Source of the DNA: Planctomycetaceae bacterium | Lineage (GTDB): Bacteria; Planctomycetota; Planctomycetia; Planctomycetales; Planctomycetaceae | Assembly (NCBI GenBank): GCA_020638955.1 | Contig: JACKHO010000007.1 | Location: 246,745 to 310,744, forward strand | Length of the DNA: 64,000 nucleotides | Reading direction: 5' to 3' | Shown: piece after piece, positions 40,097-50,264 of the stretch | How positions within the stretch are numbered: position 1 is the first letter of the stretch | Layout: each line of letters opens with the position of its first letter | Position numbers and translations under genes: made by a program | The notes under the pieces: generated by a model | The model's database searches: none | Told to the model about the DNA's origin: nothing | The model's input: only the letters and a program-made list of their open reading frames with translations

Positions 40097-41407
40097 ATGG
40101 GTGCAACGAAGAACGAGAAAACGAGTCGCCGGGATTTCATGGCTGCCGTGGCTGCTTCGGTGGCATTTACGGCTGTGGCGGGGAGTGAGACGCTCAGTTA
40201 TGCCCAGGGGAGCACCTCACCCAACGAGCGACTGAATTTGGGCGTCATTGGGATTGGCCCCCGCTGCACTTACGACTTGACCGCAATGCTCAAGTTCGAC
40301 GACATCCGTTGCATTGCGATTGCCGACGTGCAGGAGTCGCGTCGTAACGCAGGTAAGAAGCTGGTCGATGAAGCCTATGGCGACACCAAACTCGAATTGC
40401 ATCAGGATTTCCGCGAAGTGCTGGATCGTAAAGATGTGGACGCTGTCCTCATTGCAACCGGCGACCGCTGGCACGCGGCTGCGTCCATGCTCGCGGCCAA
40501 GGCCGGGAAAGACGTGTACAGCGAGAAGCCATGCGGTATTACGATTGCTGACTGTCAGGAACTTGCCGATACGATTCATCATGAAAAGCGGGTGTTTCAG
40601 GCGGGAACGCAACGTCGCAGCGTGCCGAACTTTCAGTTGGCTGTCGACATGGCCCACAGCGGCAAACTCGGCAAGGTGCATACGCTGCATGCCTCAGTCT
40701 ACTACCCGACGCTCGACAACACATGGTTGCCTGCAGAACCAACGCCTGCCCCCAACGTGGTCGACTGGAATATGTGGCTCGGCCCAGCGGCCTGGCGTCC
40801 ATACAACAGTAAGTACGTGCAAGGACGGTGGCGTGGTCAGTGGGACTTCGATTCCGGTGCCCGTCTGCTGGACTGGGGTGCCCACACCGTCGATTTGTGT
40901 CAATGGGCGAATCAGGCCGATGACACCATGCCGGTGACGTATGAACCGCACGAAGACAAAATTGTCTGCATGTACGCGAACGGCGTGAAACTGGTCATCG
41001 ATTTCCTCAAAGATCCCTTCGGCAACCGCGATCCTCACTACACCACGCGGCTCGGTACGTGTCCGGTCCGCTTCGTCGGCGATAAGGGTTCGGTCGAAAC
41101 GGGCGACGAAGGAGAAATTCTGGCCTCGACCGAGGAACTGCGGAAGGAACTCCCCGACGCCAGCAAGCGCGTGCGGGGGCTCGATGTTTCCGCACATGCC
41201 CGCAACTTCTTCGATTGCATTCGGTCCCGCAAAATGACGGCCGCGAATCAGGACGTCATGCGCCGTTCACACATTGCGTCACACGCTGCCGCCATTGCCT
41301 GGATTCTCGGCCGTAAACTCGAAATCAATCCCAAGACGGAAGAGTTTGTGAATGATCCCGAAGCCAATATGCTGCGTGCCCGTGCCCGACGGAATTGGGC
41401 CGTTTGA
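40097..41407 (+). CDS. Gfo/Idh/MocA-family oxidoreductase with a TAT signal.
   Basis: SRRDFMAAVAASVAFTAVAG twin-arginine signal. Rossmann GIGPR plus the C-terminal domain typical of this family. Confidence 0.85.
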   Translation: MGATKNEKTSRRDFMAAVAASVAFTAVAGSETLSYAQGSTSPNERLNLGVIGIGPRCTYDLTAMLKFDDIRCIAIADVQESRRNAGKKLVDEAYGDTKLELHQDFREVLDRKDVDAVLIATGDRWHAAASMLAAKAGKDVYSEKPCGITIADCQELADTIHHEKRVFQAGTQRRSVPNFQLAVDMAHSGKLGKVHTLHASVYYPTLDNTWLPAEPTPAPNVVDWNMWLGPAAWRPYNSKYVQGRWRGQWDFDSGARLLDWGAHTVDLCQWANQADDTMPVTYEPHEDKIVCMYANGVKLVIDFLKDPFGNRDPHYTTRLGTCPVRFVGDKGSVETGDEGEILASTEELRKELPDASKRVRGLDVSAHARNFFDCIRSRKMTAANQDVMRRSHIASHAAAIAWILGRKLEINPKTEEFVNDPEANMLRARARRNWAV

Positions 41408-41536
41408 GAGGAGTTAGGAGTCAGGATTCAGGAGCCAGGAAGTTGTTGCCGTGCTGCTGACCTTGCTCTGTCCGTTCGACCTTAGACCCTCAACCTTCGA
41501 CCACACCCCCACGACAACAGGACGATTGTCTCAGAC

Positions 41537-41980
41537 ATGCAGCGTTACAAGAACCACGGAATTGCTTTCCAGTACCCAGAGGACTGGATGCTTGAGGAAG
41601 AGAACAATGAAGGGGACACCACCATTACGGTGACTGATGGGGAAACCTCCTTCTGGTCACTGCATCTCATGCGGGAGCGGCCGCAAGTCGAAGAGGTCAT
41701 CGAGGAAATCGAAACGGCGTTCAAGGGTGAGTATGACGAAGTCGACGTCGAGCGTTCGATCAAGCAGTTGGCACGTCGGGAGGCCGAAGCTCGTGAAATC
41801 AGTTTCGTCTGTCTTGAGCTGGTCAACACGGCATTTGTGCGCGTCTTTCGAACGGGCCGGTTCACGGTCATGATTCTCTGTCAGGCGACGGATCACGAAC
41901 TGGAAGACGCCCGATCGAATTTCGAGGCCATTGCCGACTCCTTAGATGTCGATTTGGATGGCGACATTCTTATATCCTGA
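41537..41980 (+). CDS. Hypothetical acidic cytoplasmic protein.
   Basis: 147-aa ORF with compositionally normal coding sequence. No recognised motif. Confidence 0.4.
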   Translation: MQRYKNHGIAFQYPEDWMLEEENNEGDTTITVTDGETSFWSLHLMRERPQVEEVIEEIETAFKGEYDEVDVERSIKQLARREAEAREISFVCLELVNTAFVRVFRTGRFTVMILCQATDHELEDARSNFEAIADSLDVDLDGDILIS

Positions 41981-42054
41981 CTACCCTTTGGGGTACTTTC
42001 CGTCTGCCGTGAGAGGCGGCTTTCGAATTCCTTCCTTCAGTTTGGCACTTCCAA

Positions 42055-43053
42055 ATGGCTATCGACTGGCAACCATTCATCGACGTGGTGCACAGTGCCG
42101 AACGTTTTGTTATTTCCAGCCATGTGCGACCCGATGCGGACGCCATTGGATCGGCGCTGGGACTGGCGGGAATTCTGGAGTCGCTGGGTAAAACTGTGCG
42201 CATCATTAATCCCTCGCACACGCCAGATCATCTTGGCTTCATGGATCCTGAAAAGCGGATTCAGAAAATCAAGGCCGATGTCAGCATCGAATCGGCCTGC
42301 GATACCGACGTGCATGTCATTGTCGATACCTCGGCCTGGCAGCAGTTGCAGGATGTAGGGCTCGTCCTGCAGCAGACATCTGCCAGAAAGGTCGTAATTG
42401 ATCACCACGTCAGTTCCGATGACTTAGGGGCTCTGGAATTCAAAGACACCTCGGCCTCGGCCACGGGAGTACTCATCACGGAACTCGCCGAAGCGATGAA
42501 CATTTCCGTGACGAAGGAAGAGGCCGACGCGTTGTTTTGCGCTGTTGCTACCGACACGGGTTGGTATCGATTCTCCAACTCCGATGCACGTACGTATCGC
42601 ACTGCAGCCCGGCTTATCGATGCTGGTGTGGAGCCGCACGTCCTTTACCAGCAATTGTACGAACGCTCGTCGCTGGCCCGGCTCAAGTTGCAGTCGGTGG
42701 TACTCGGTCGGGTGGAACTGGCGCACAAGGCGCAACTGACTCACACGTTCGTGACGCGAAAAGATTTTTCGGAAACGGGAGCACACCCCACCGACACCGA
42801 AGGTCTCGTCAACAGCGGCCTGGCCATTGATGGCGTTCTGGCTTCATTCATCCTCGTTGAACAAATCGATGGACGCGTGAAAGCGAGTTTGCGAAGTCGA
42901 GAGCCTGTCGACGTCGCGACGATTGCCGAAAAGTTTGGTGGAGGCGGTCACAAGCAGGCGTCGGGTGCTATGCTAGCGGGCCCTGTGAACGAGGCATGTG
43001 CTCGACTCTTGAAAGAGTTTGAACGCGCATTTGAAAATGGCAATGCGTCCTGA
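42055..43053 (+). CDS. nrnA: DHH-family phosphoesterase (NrnA-like bifunctional oligoribonuclease / pAp phosphatase).
   Basis: HVRPDADAIGS, DHHVSSD and GGGHKQASGA (DHH and DHHA1 motifs). Confidence 0.8.
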   Translation: MAIDWQPFIDVVHSAERFVISSHVRPDADAIGSALGLAGILESLGKTVRIINPSHTPDHLGFMDPEKRIQKIKADVSIESACDTDVHVIVDTSAWQQLQDVGLVLQQTSARKVVIDHHVSSDDLGALEFKDTSASATGVLITELAEAMNISVTKEEADALFCAVATDTGWYRFSNSDARTYRTAARLIDAGVEPHVLYQQLYERSSLARLKLQSVVLGRVELAHKAQLTHTFVTRKDFSETGAHPTDTEGLVNSGLAIDGVLASFILVEQIDGRVKASLRSREPVDVATIAEKFGGGGHKQASGAMLAGPVNEACARLLKEFERAFENGNAS

Positions 43054-43284
43054 GTTCTCAGTTCCGTGAATGTAATTCATCGACCAGAGGCGCAACACAT
43101 CAAATGTCTCAAGGCGGCATCGGCAAAAAAAGCCTCACCCGCGTCTGTTATCGAAATTCCTGCATATTCCGCCTTCACCCCAGCGACGAACCTCTGTTAA
43201 CATTCGTCGACAGCTCTCCGGCTGGGACGCTGCCGTTGTCTTGATTGGATAACGGTTTGTGGCTGGAGAACTGGCAACAAAGGA

Positions 43285-43857
43285 TTGACACTCGCGTTGA
43301 AACGTGGCACGGAGGCCATTGTGAGTTCTGGATCAACACCGAAACAAAAAACCGAAACGCAAATCCGCTGGCTTATTCGCCGGGACATGCCGGAGGTGCT
43401 TCAAATCGAACAGGAAAGTTTCCAGTCCCCCTGGACTGATGAAGACTTTCTTTGCTGTCTCCGCCAGCGAAATTGCATTGGCATGGTTGCCGAGCAGGAC
43501 CAACGGATTGTGGGGTTCATGATTTATGAACTGCACAAAACCCGCCTGCACATTCTGAATTTCGCCGTTGCGAAAGACTTGCGCCGCAGCGGTGTCGGCG
43601 GACAAATGGTCCTCCGTCTCATCGACAAACTTTCGCAACAGCGCCGCAACGAAATTCTATTGGAAGTCCGCGAACGGAATCTCGACGCACAGCTCTTCTT
43701 CCGTGAACAGAACTTCCGGGCGATTAGCGTGCTGCGTTGCCATTACGACGACACCGACGAAGACGCCTACATCTTGCGTTTCCGTCTCGACGCCACACAC
43801 GACGCGACCTCCCCGTACTCCCCTCGGAATCGCATTTCCGAATACGATGCTGCGTAG
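43285..43857 (+). CDS. rimI: GNAT N-acetyltransferase, RimI-like.
   Basis: IRRDMPEVLQIEQESFQSPW ... LAVAKDLRRSGVGGQMVLRLI (acetyl-CoA-binding Q/RxxGxG/A motif). The true start may be downstream of the first Met. Confidence 0.7.
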   Translation: MTLALKRGTEAIVSSGSTPKQKTETQIRWLIRRDMPEVLQIEQESFQSPWTDEDFLCCLRQRNCIGMVAEQDQRIVGFMIYELHKTRLHILNFAVAKDLRRSGVGGQMVLRLIDKLSQQRRNEILLEVRERNLDAQLFFREQNFRAISVLRCHYDDTDEDAYILRFRLDATHDATSPYSPRNRISEYDAA

Positions 43858-43961
43858 CGCATAGCCCAACTGACACTTCCTCGGATTGCGTCCCCGATGT
43901 AACGGCATCGTATCGGTATGGCTCCCTTTTGTAGGGTGTGTGCAGCAAGTCGCCGGAATTT

Positions 43962-44072
43962 GGTGGGTTACGTCAGCGAATCACGCGTCACGGAAATGGC
44001 GCCCCGATTGTCGCAGCGAACGACTTGCGTAACGCACCATCCTGATTGTCGCCGACTTCACCCACCCTACGA
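43962..44072 (+). repeat. Copy b of repeat family R1, 30 nt upstream of truA.
   Basis: Same termini as copy a (GGTGGGTTACGTC ... ACTTCACCCACCCTACGA) and the shared internal block GACTTGCGTAACGCAC. Confidence 0.6.
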
Positions 44073-44101
44073 ATCATTTGATGTAGCGGCACCATACCGT
44101 C

Positions 44102-44914
44102 ATGGCCCAGCGAAACATCAGGCTGACACTCTCCTACGACGGAACTGACTTTGCGGGATGGCAGGTTCAACCGAATCGCCGCACGGTCCAGGGAGTCGTC
44201 GAGCACGCCATTCTGAAAACGTCTGGCGAATCACTCCGAATTCTCGCCGCCGGGCGTACCGACTCCGGTGTGCATGCACTGGGACAGGTGGCGAACTTCC
44301 GGACCGAGTCAGACATCCCGGCTGATCGCTGGAAGCTCGCGCTCAGGGCTCACTTGCCCGACGAGGTGGTGGTCGTCGAAAGTGAAGAAGTCGACTACGA
44401 GTTCCATGCGACTTTCTCTGCCAAGACGAAACGGTATCGCTACGTCATTTACAATCACGTCGTCGAGTTCCCCTTTCTCAAAAACTACGCGTGGCGTATC
44501 CCGCAGGAACTCGATGTCGCCGCCATGCATGCAGCAGCACAGGAACTCGTTGGCAAACACGATTTTCGCAGCTTCGAATCACACTGGCCGAATAAAGCGA
44601 CGAGCATTCGGACAGTGAACCAGGTCTCGGTAAATCGCGTCGCAGAGTGGCCCGCTTGGTCACCCGTTGCGACCGCTGGTGAGAGAGTTGACGGAGAAAG
44701 CACACCCACTGCTCCGTTTATTGTGCTGGAAATTGAAGCGGACGGATTTCTCTACAACATGGTCCGGACCATTACGGGAACGCTGCTCAACGTGGGGCGT
44801 GGCAACTGGACTGGCAAAGATGTAAGACGGATTCTCGAAGCCATGAATCGAAAAGAAGCGGGCGGAACGGCTCCGGCTCATGGACTTTATCTCGTATGCG
44901 TGCATTACGGCTGA
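44102..44914 (+). CDS. truA: tRNA pseudouridine(38-40) synthase.
   Basis: LTLSYDGTDFAGWQVQ ... RTDSGVHALGQV (catalytic Asp motif). Confidence 0.9.
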   Translation: MAQRNIRLTLSYDGTDFAGWQVQPNRRTVQGVVEHAILKTSGESLRILAAGRTDSGVHALGQVANFRTESDIPADRWKLALRAHLPDEVVVVESEEVDYEFHATFSAKTKRYRYVIYNHVVEFPFLKNYAWRIPQELDVAAMHAAAQELVGKHDFRSFESHWPNKATSIRTVNQVSVNRVAEWPAWSPVATAGERVDGESTPTAPFIVLEIEADGFLYNMVRTITGTLLNVGRGNWTGKDVRRILEAMNRKEAGGTAPAHGLYLVCVHYG

Positions 44915-45052
44915 CGGTCCATCGCGAAATGGCCGCACTGCTTGCAGTCGCCGCACGAATTCCGGTAGCGTTGGTGAAATTCTCCACAAGATCGTCCTTC
45001 CGGCAGCGAATGGCGATATGAGTACGACTCCGTAGCAGTTTGGTCGGCATCA

Positions 45053-46252
45053 ATGTTTGAGTTTCTAAAGCAGTGGTGGCAGGGAGATTCGCTCTCCGAG
45101 GACGAATACGTCCGGCGACGCGCGCAGCTGCTGGGGAAAGCTCCCATTCCGACATTCTGGCTGCTGGGAAAGACCGGCAGTGGGAAGTCGTCGATTATCC
45201 GGTACCTCACCGGAGTTGAGTCAGCGGAAATCGGGAACGGCTATCGCCCGCAGACGAAGACATCGCAGCGGTACGACTTTCCCGACTCAAAAGACCCGCT
45301 GATGACGTTTCTCGACACGCGGGGATTGGGTGAAGCGGGATACGATCCCACCGAAGACTTGGAATCATTCTCCGATTCTACCCAACTTGTGCTAGTCACA
45401 GTCCGAGTACTGGATCATGCACTCGATGAATTGATCGCAAGTTTGAAGACCATTCGAGCCGCCGCTCCAGAACGCCCAATCCTGCTGGCACTCACCTGTC
45501 TTCATGAAACAGTACCGGGGAGCGACATCAGCGAACGAGATTTGTTTACTTCCGAGGTGCCCGTTCCTGGCGAACTTCCCGATGATTTGAAACGTTCTCT
45601 GCAGCATCAAATCGAACTGTTCGCGGGGCTGGCGGACGCCGTTGTTCCCATTGACCTGACACAGCCCGCAGAAGGTTTTGCCCATCCCAACTTCGGTGGT
45701 GACCGGCTCAAGGCGGCAATTCTCGAACTGCTCCCATCTTCCTACCGACAAACCCTGCTGCACCTGGAGGAATTGGTCAGTCCGCTGAAATCACTGCAGC
45801 AACGTCGCGCACAATCGGCCATTCTGTCCGCGAGTACCATTGCGGGAACGGCTGCCGCTGTACCTTTGCCCTGGGTCGACATTCCGGTGGTTTTCGCCAT
45901 TCAAACGCACTTGGCGTATCGTCTCGCAGCCATTTACGAATTGGAACTCACAACAGCACAGTGGGCTCAACTGACGGGTGTCGCAGGTGGTCGGATTGCC
46001 GTTGGCATGGCAGTGCGGGAAATGTTGAAAGTTATTCCGTGGGTGGGCATGGCAGCCAATGCTGCCGCAGCATTTGCTTACACCTTCGCCACGGGGATGG
46101 CCTGGAACTGGTACTTTCTGGAAGTGAAGCAGGGGCATGTCCCTTCGGCTGATGAACTGCAAAAAGTCTTTCAGGAACAGCTTTCGCGCGGTGCGGCACT
46201 CTGGAAGGAGACCGACCAGCAACCCGCCAGCAGTGAGGAGGCGCCTTCGTGA
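45053..46252 (+). CDS. P-loop GTPase with a C-terminal DUF697-like hydrophobic domain.
   Basis: G1 GKTGSGKSS, G3 DTRG. The C-terminus AVPLPWVDIPVVFAIQTHLAYRLAAIYE ... IPWVGMAANAAAAFAYTFATG matches the DUF697 consensus as I recall it. Confidence 0.65.
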   Translation: MFEFLKQWWQGDSLSEDEYVRRRAQLLGKAPIPTFWLLGKTGSGKSSIIRYLTGVESAEIGNGYRPQTKTSQRYDFPDSKDPLMTFLDTRGLGEAGYDPTEDLESFSDSTQLVLVTVRVLDHALDELIASLKTIRAAAPERPILLALTCLHETVPGSDISERDLFTSEVPVPGELPDDLKRSLQHQIELFAGLADAVVPIDLTQPAEGFAHPNFGGDRLKAAILELLPSSYRQTLLHLEELVSPLKSLQQRRAQSAILSASTIAGTAAAVPLPWVDIPVVFAIQTHLAYRLAAIYELELTTAQWAQLTGVAGGRIAVGMAVREMLKVIPWVGMAANAAAAFAYTFATGMAWNWYFLEVKQGHVPSADELQKVFQEQLSRGAALWKETDQQPASSEEAPS

Positions 46253-47817
46253 AGTTTCGTCAACTCGTCATCATCGCACTGCTGGTTCTGCCCGTTTTCG
46301 TATATCTCGCGTTTGGCATTTATGCGCTGTGGGAAACTGGCTGGCTGATTTGGATTGGCTGGACGCTCCCCGTTATCTGGATTGCCACGTGGGGATTGTC
46401 GCGTGTTTGGAAGGACACCCCTTCCTCAAGTCCGGCGGCCGCGGCTTCTCCAATTGAAGTGCCGGGACACTGGACGCAGCAGGATGAAGCGGGGCTGAAA
46501 ATTGTGGCGCGGCATCAGGAACTGGTGAGTGAAGTAACTGCCGAAGACCTGATTGATCCTCACCACTATCTGAATGCGGCACTCAGTCTAGCCGGAGATT
46601 TGGCCAAACACTTTAACCGTAGCCAGGAACACCCCGTCGATGGTGTTACCGCCACCGAAGCACTCGCAGCCATGCGACTCGCCTTGGACGACACGGAACG
46701 GTGGGTCATTGCCAATGTGCCGGGAAGCCAACTGGTCACCATTGGCCAGTGGAAAATGCTGGCCCGTGCGTCGAAGTGGGTTGAACCGGCGACCAAAGCG
46801 GGATGGTTGGCATCGTCGATTTTCAATCCGGTGAATGCCGTTAACTACTTCATTTCAAAGGCGACTTTGGGGCCCGTCATTTCCGATGTGCAGCGCGAGC
46901 TACTGGCAACGGTCTTCGTCCGTTACATCAGACAGGTCGGTTTTTATCTCATCGAAATGTATAGCGGGCGACTCAAAGGGGGCGCCGACGTCTACCGCAA
47001 CACGTTTGGTCGCAAGTCGGCAGCGGCTGATCCGACTGAGGGTAGTCATCAGGAACTCGAACTGAAGTCCCTGCAAATCGCACTGCTGGGCCAGGTGAAA
47101 GCAGGAAAGTCGAGTTTGATTAATGCCCTGCTGGAACAGCAACAGGCCACCACCGATGTCCTGCCGCAAACTCGTAGTGTCAGCCGTTACTCCTGGACTC
47201 TGCCGGGCACGGAGGAACAACTCACGCTGCTCGACACACCCGGTTATGCCGAGGCGGGGGCAACCAGTGCCCAGGTTTCTGAGATCGAAACCGCCGTAGC
47301 CGAGGCAGATGTCGTGCTACTTGTTCTGGCTGCCAACTCACCCGCCCGATCTGCCGACGTTGAACTCCTCAAGCAACTGCAGGCCCACTATGCCGGACGC
47401 CAGCATTTGAAGCTGCCGCCGGTCATTGGTGTGCTGACGCATATCGATTTGCTCAGCCCCGTGCGGGAGTGGAATCCCCCGTACGACTGGCGGTCGGGGC
47501 AATCCCCCAAAGTTGAGAGCATTCGGGGTGCAGTCGGCTATGCCCAGGAAGTCTTTGGAAACGCGGTCGCTGACGTTGTCCCGGTCTGCACCAGTGACGA
47601 CACCAGTCGACGCACCGGCGTCATGAATGACCTCGTACCAGCCATCATTTCGCAGGTCGAAGCAGGCCAATCTGCGGCCCTGTTGAAAGCATACCACGAC
47701 CGGCTGAACAGCGACCGGCTGAAAACGTTCCTGGGCCAGCTGACCTCCGCGAGCGGATCAATGCTCCGCTGGTGGGTCGAAGAACGGTTCCTGCCGTCAA
47801 TCAACAAGGGCAAATGA
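46249..47817 (+). CDS. Membrane-anchored P-loop GTPase, paralog-like partner of the upstream GTPase. GTG start overlaps the upstream stop (GTGA).
   Basis: Two N-terminal TM helices. G1 GQVKAGKSSLINALL, G3 DTPG, G4-like THID. Confidence 0.6.
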   Translation: MKFRQLVIIALLVLPVFVYLAFGIYALWETGWLIWIGWTLPVIWIATWGLSRVWKDTPSSSPAAAASPIEVPGHWTQQDEAGLKIVARHQELVSEVTAEDLIDPHHYLNAALSLAGDLAKHFNRSQEHPVDGVTATEALAAMRLALDDTERWVIANVPGSQLVTIGQWKMLARASKWVEPATKAGWLASSIFNPVNAVNYFISKATLGPVISDVQRELLATVFVRYIRQVGFYLIEMYSGRLKGGADVYRNTFGRKSAAADPTEGSHQELELKSLQIALLGQVKAGKSSLINALLEQQQATTDVLPQTRSVSRYSWTLPGTEEQLTLLDTPGYAEAGATSAQVSEIETAVAEADVVLLVLAANSPARSADVELLKQLQAHYAGRQHLKLPPVIGVLTHIDLLSPVREWNPPYDWRSGQSPKVESIRGAVGYAQEVFGNAVADVVPVCTSDDTSRRTGVMNDLVPAIISQVEAGQSAALLKAYHDRLNSDRLKTFLGQLTSASGSMLRWWVEERFLPSINKGK

Positions 47818-48029
47818 CCGAATTCCGGTTCATTTTCATCGCAGCAATTTCCTGATATAACACGGCGATAATGCCGGGCTCGTTTTGTGCCGCTTTGGGC
47901 AATTACGTCCGCGGTACCGGTTGGATTTTGCAGGGATGCAGTGGCGATGGCCGACTTGGAGGCGGTCGCCGTAGTCTGGTTGCTCGCTTACCAGACAAAT
48001 TCTCAAGGTGCATCCTACTTACTGGTGAC

Positions 48030-49277
48030 ATGGCAAGACTGTTCTTACTCACAATTCTCGTCTCGGGAACGGTTTACGCCGACGACTGGAATCAGTTTCG
48101 GGGAACGACCGGCAGCGGTGTGATCGAATCTCCACTGCCTGACTCATGGGCGATGGATTCCGGAATTCAGTGGTCCGTCGAACTGCCCGGCCGCGCGAAC
48201 TCGTCACCCGTCGTTACGGAACAACGGATCGATGTCACGACCCAAACGGACGATGGCGGCCTGTGGGTGCTCTCGTTTGATCGTGCCAAAGGGAAGAAAA
48301 TTCGGGAAACCCGAGTTGGTACCGGTCAATTGAAGGCGAAGGGGGCACGCGAACTTTGGGCACACCGCCACAACGCCGCCACGCCTACTCCCATTGCCAC
48401 GGAAGACTCCATTTGGGCCTTCTTCGGCAATGGTTTGCTCGTTCGAGTCGATCCAGCCACCGGAGACGTCATCTGGAAGAAGGATCTGGAGAAGGAATAC
48501 GGGGCGTACGACATTACGTTCGGGATGGGATCATCCCCGCGTCTGGTCGGCAACCATTTGCTGGTTGCCTGCATGACCAAAGGGGCTTCGTATTTGCTCG
48601 CACTCGATGCGAAAACCGGACAGCAGTTGTGGAAGTCAGATCGAAAATACAACGTCGCTGATGACCATCCCGACTCGTACTCGTCCCCCATCATTTGGAA
48701 TCGCGGGGATTCGGTCGAAGTACTGCTGAGTGGCGCTGGCCATCTCGATGCTTATGGAGTGAAAGACGGGAAGCGGCTCTGGTCGCATCCGGGGCTGAGC
48801 ATCGACAGCCCTTACGGTCGCGTCATTGCTTCGCCGGTGCCAGCGGGGGATCTCGTCATAGGTACATCACCGAACCCAAGCGGGGGCGGTCGCGGTCGCA
48901 TTGCCGCGTTTTCAGCGGAAGGTGAGAAATGGTCTTACGAACGCTCACTGCCGGACTCATCAACTCCCGTGGTTGTCGGCGACTTACTATTTATGGTTTC
49001 GGACAATGGTGTTGCTTCTTGTCTCGAAACGACAACCGGTAAACTGGTGTGGCAGAATCGACTTGGCGGTGGTCCTTACCATGCGTCGGTCATTGCTGGA
49101 GATGGGAAGGTTTACTTCCAGGGAATCGACGGTGTATGCACCATCATGAAGGCCGGTCGCGAAAAGGAAGTGGTTGCACGCAATACATTGCCGGGCACGT
49201 TTTACGCGACTCCGGCGGCAGCACCGGGAACGCTCTACTTGCGGGCTTACGAACGACTTTATGCAATTGGAAATTGA
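48030..49277 (+). CDS. Secreted PQQ-like beta-propeller repeat protein (BamB-like fold).
   Basis: Signal peptide MARLFLLTILVSGTVYA. Repeated W-x-blade motifs (WNQFRG, LWVL, VIWKKDL, QLWKSD, RLWSHP, LVWQNRLGGG). Confidence 0.7.
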   Translation: MARLFLLTILVSGTVYADDWNQFRGTTGSGVIESPLPDSWAMDSGIQWSVELPGRANSSPVVTEQRIDVTTQTDDGGLWVLSFDRAKGKKIRETRVGTGQLKAKGARELWAHRHNAATPTPIATEDSIWAFFGNGLLVRVDPATGDVIWKKDLEKEYGAYDITFGMGSSPRLVGNHLLVACMTKGASYLLALDAKTGQQLWKSDRKYNVADDHPDSYSSPIIWNRGDSVEVLLSGAGHLDAYGVKDGKRLWSHPGLSIDSPYGRVIASPVPAGDLVIGTSPNPSGGGRGRIAAFSAEGEKWSYERSLPDSSTPVVVGDLLFMVSDNGVASCLETTTGKLVWQNRLGGGPYHASVIAGDGKVYFQGIDGVCTIMKAGREKEVVARNTLPGTFYATPAAAPGTLYLRAYERLYAIGN

Positions 49278-49316
49278 CATTCTGTCCCTGCGTCCTTCGT
49301 TTCAGCACGCCGCATT

Positions 49317-50243
49317 ATGCCACTGATTACCGGTTTCACAGCACCTTTTGCCTATCGTGGCGGGTACGTTTCGATTGGCAACTTCGATGGAGTCCATCGA
49401 GGCCATCGAGTCATTGTGAACCAAGTTGTCGAACGTGCTCGTGCGGCCTCAGTCCCTGCTGTTGTGGTGACTTTTGAACCGCACCCCGTCGCTGTTCTGG
49501 CGCCGCATCGACAGCCGCCGCGGCTGACCCGACTGGAGTATAAAGCCCACCTGTTGGAAGAGTGTGGCATTGATGTCGTGCTCGCCATCGAACCAACGCG
49601 TGAGTTACTCGCCATGTCGCCACGCGAGTTCTTTGAAACAATTCTCGTAAGCGAAATGCAAATTGCCGGAATTGTGGAAGGCCCAAATTTCTGCTTCGGT
49701 CAACATCGCGCCGGCACGACGGAAACGCTCGTCGCCCTCGCAGATGAACACAGCATTGACGTGAAGATCGTGTCGCCGGAAACGTCTGGTGAAGACCTCG
49801 TTTCCTCGACCGCAATACGACAGGCGTTACAAGCTGGCAACATCGAACTGGCGACACAGTTGCTGGGCAGAATGCATCGTGTCCGTGGTGTGGTTCGAAG
49901 TGGTGCAGCCCGCGGACGGACTATTGGCTTCCCCACAGCAAACCTGGCAGATGTCGCGGAAATGCTCCCATGCGATGGCGTCTACGCGGGCATTGCAACG
50001 GTCGGCGACCGCGTATTCAGCGCGGCCATTCAACTGGGAACGAATCCCACGTTTGATGGATCTGAGAGAAAGCTCGAAGCACATTTGCTCGATTTCTCTG
50101 GCGACATTTACGGGCAAGAGACTGATGTCGACTTCCGACACCGATTGCGCGACGTCGTTCGATTTGACAGCACCGATCAGCTCGTTCGACAGCTCAACAT
50201 CGACATCGAACAAACTCGGCAACTGTGCGACATAGCCCGCTAA
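49317..50243 (+). CDS. ribF: Bifunctional riboflavin kinase / FMN adenylyltransferase.
   Basis: GNFDGVHRGH (adenylyltransferase HxGH) ... GFPTANL ... the kinase C-terminal domain. Confidence 0.9.
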   Translation: MPLITGFTAPFAYRGGYVSIGNFDGVHRGHRVIVNQVVERARAASVPAVVVTFEPHPVAVLAPHRQPPRLTRLEYKAHLLEECGIDVVLAIEPTRELLAMSPREFFETILVSEMQIAGIVEGPNFCFGQHRAGTTETLVALADEHSIDVKIVSPETSGEDLVSSTAIRQALQAGNIELATQLLGRMHRVRGVVRSGAARGRTIGFPTANLADVAEMLPCDGVYAGIATVGDRVFSAAIQLGTNPTFDGSERKLEAHLLDFSGDIYGQETDVDFRHRLRDVVRFDSTDQLVRQLNIDIEQTRQLCDIAR

Positions 50244-50264
50244 CATACGGATTGGACTTCCGTT

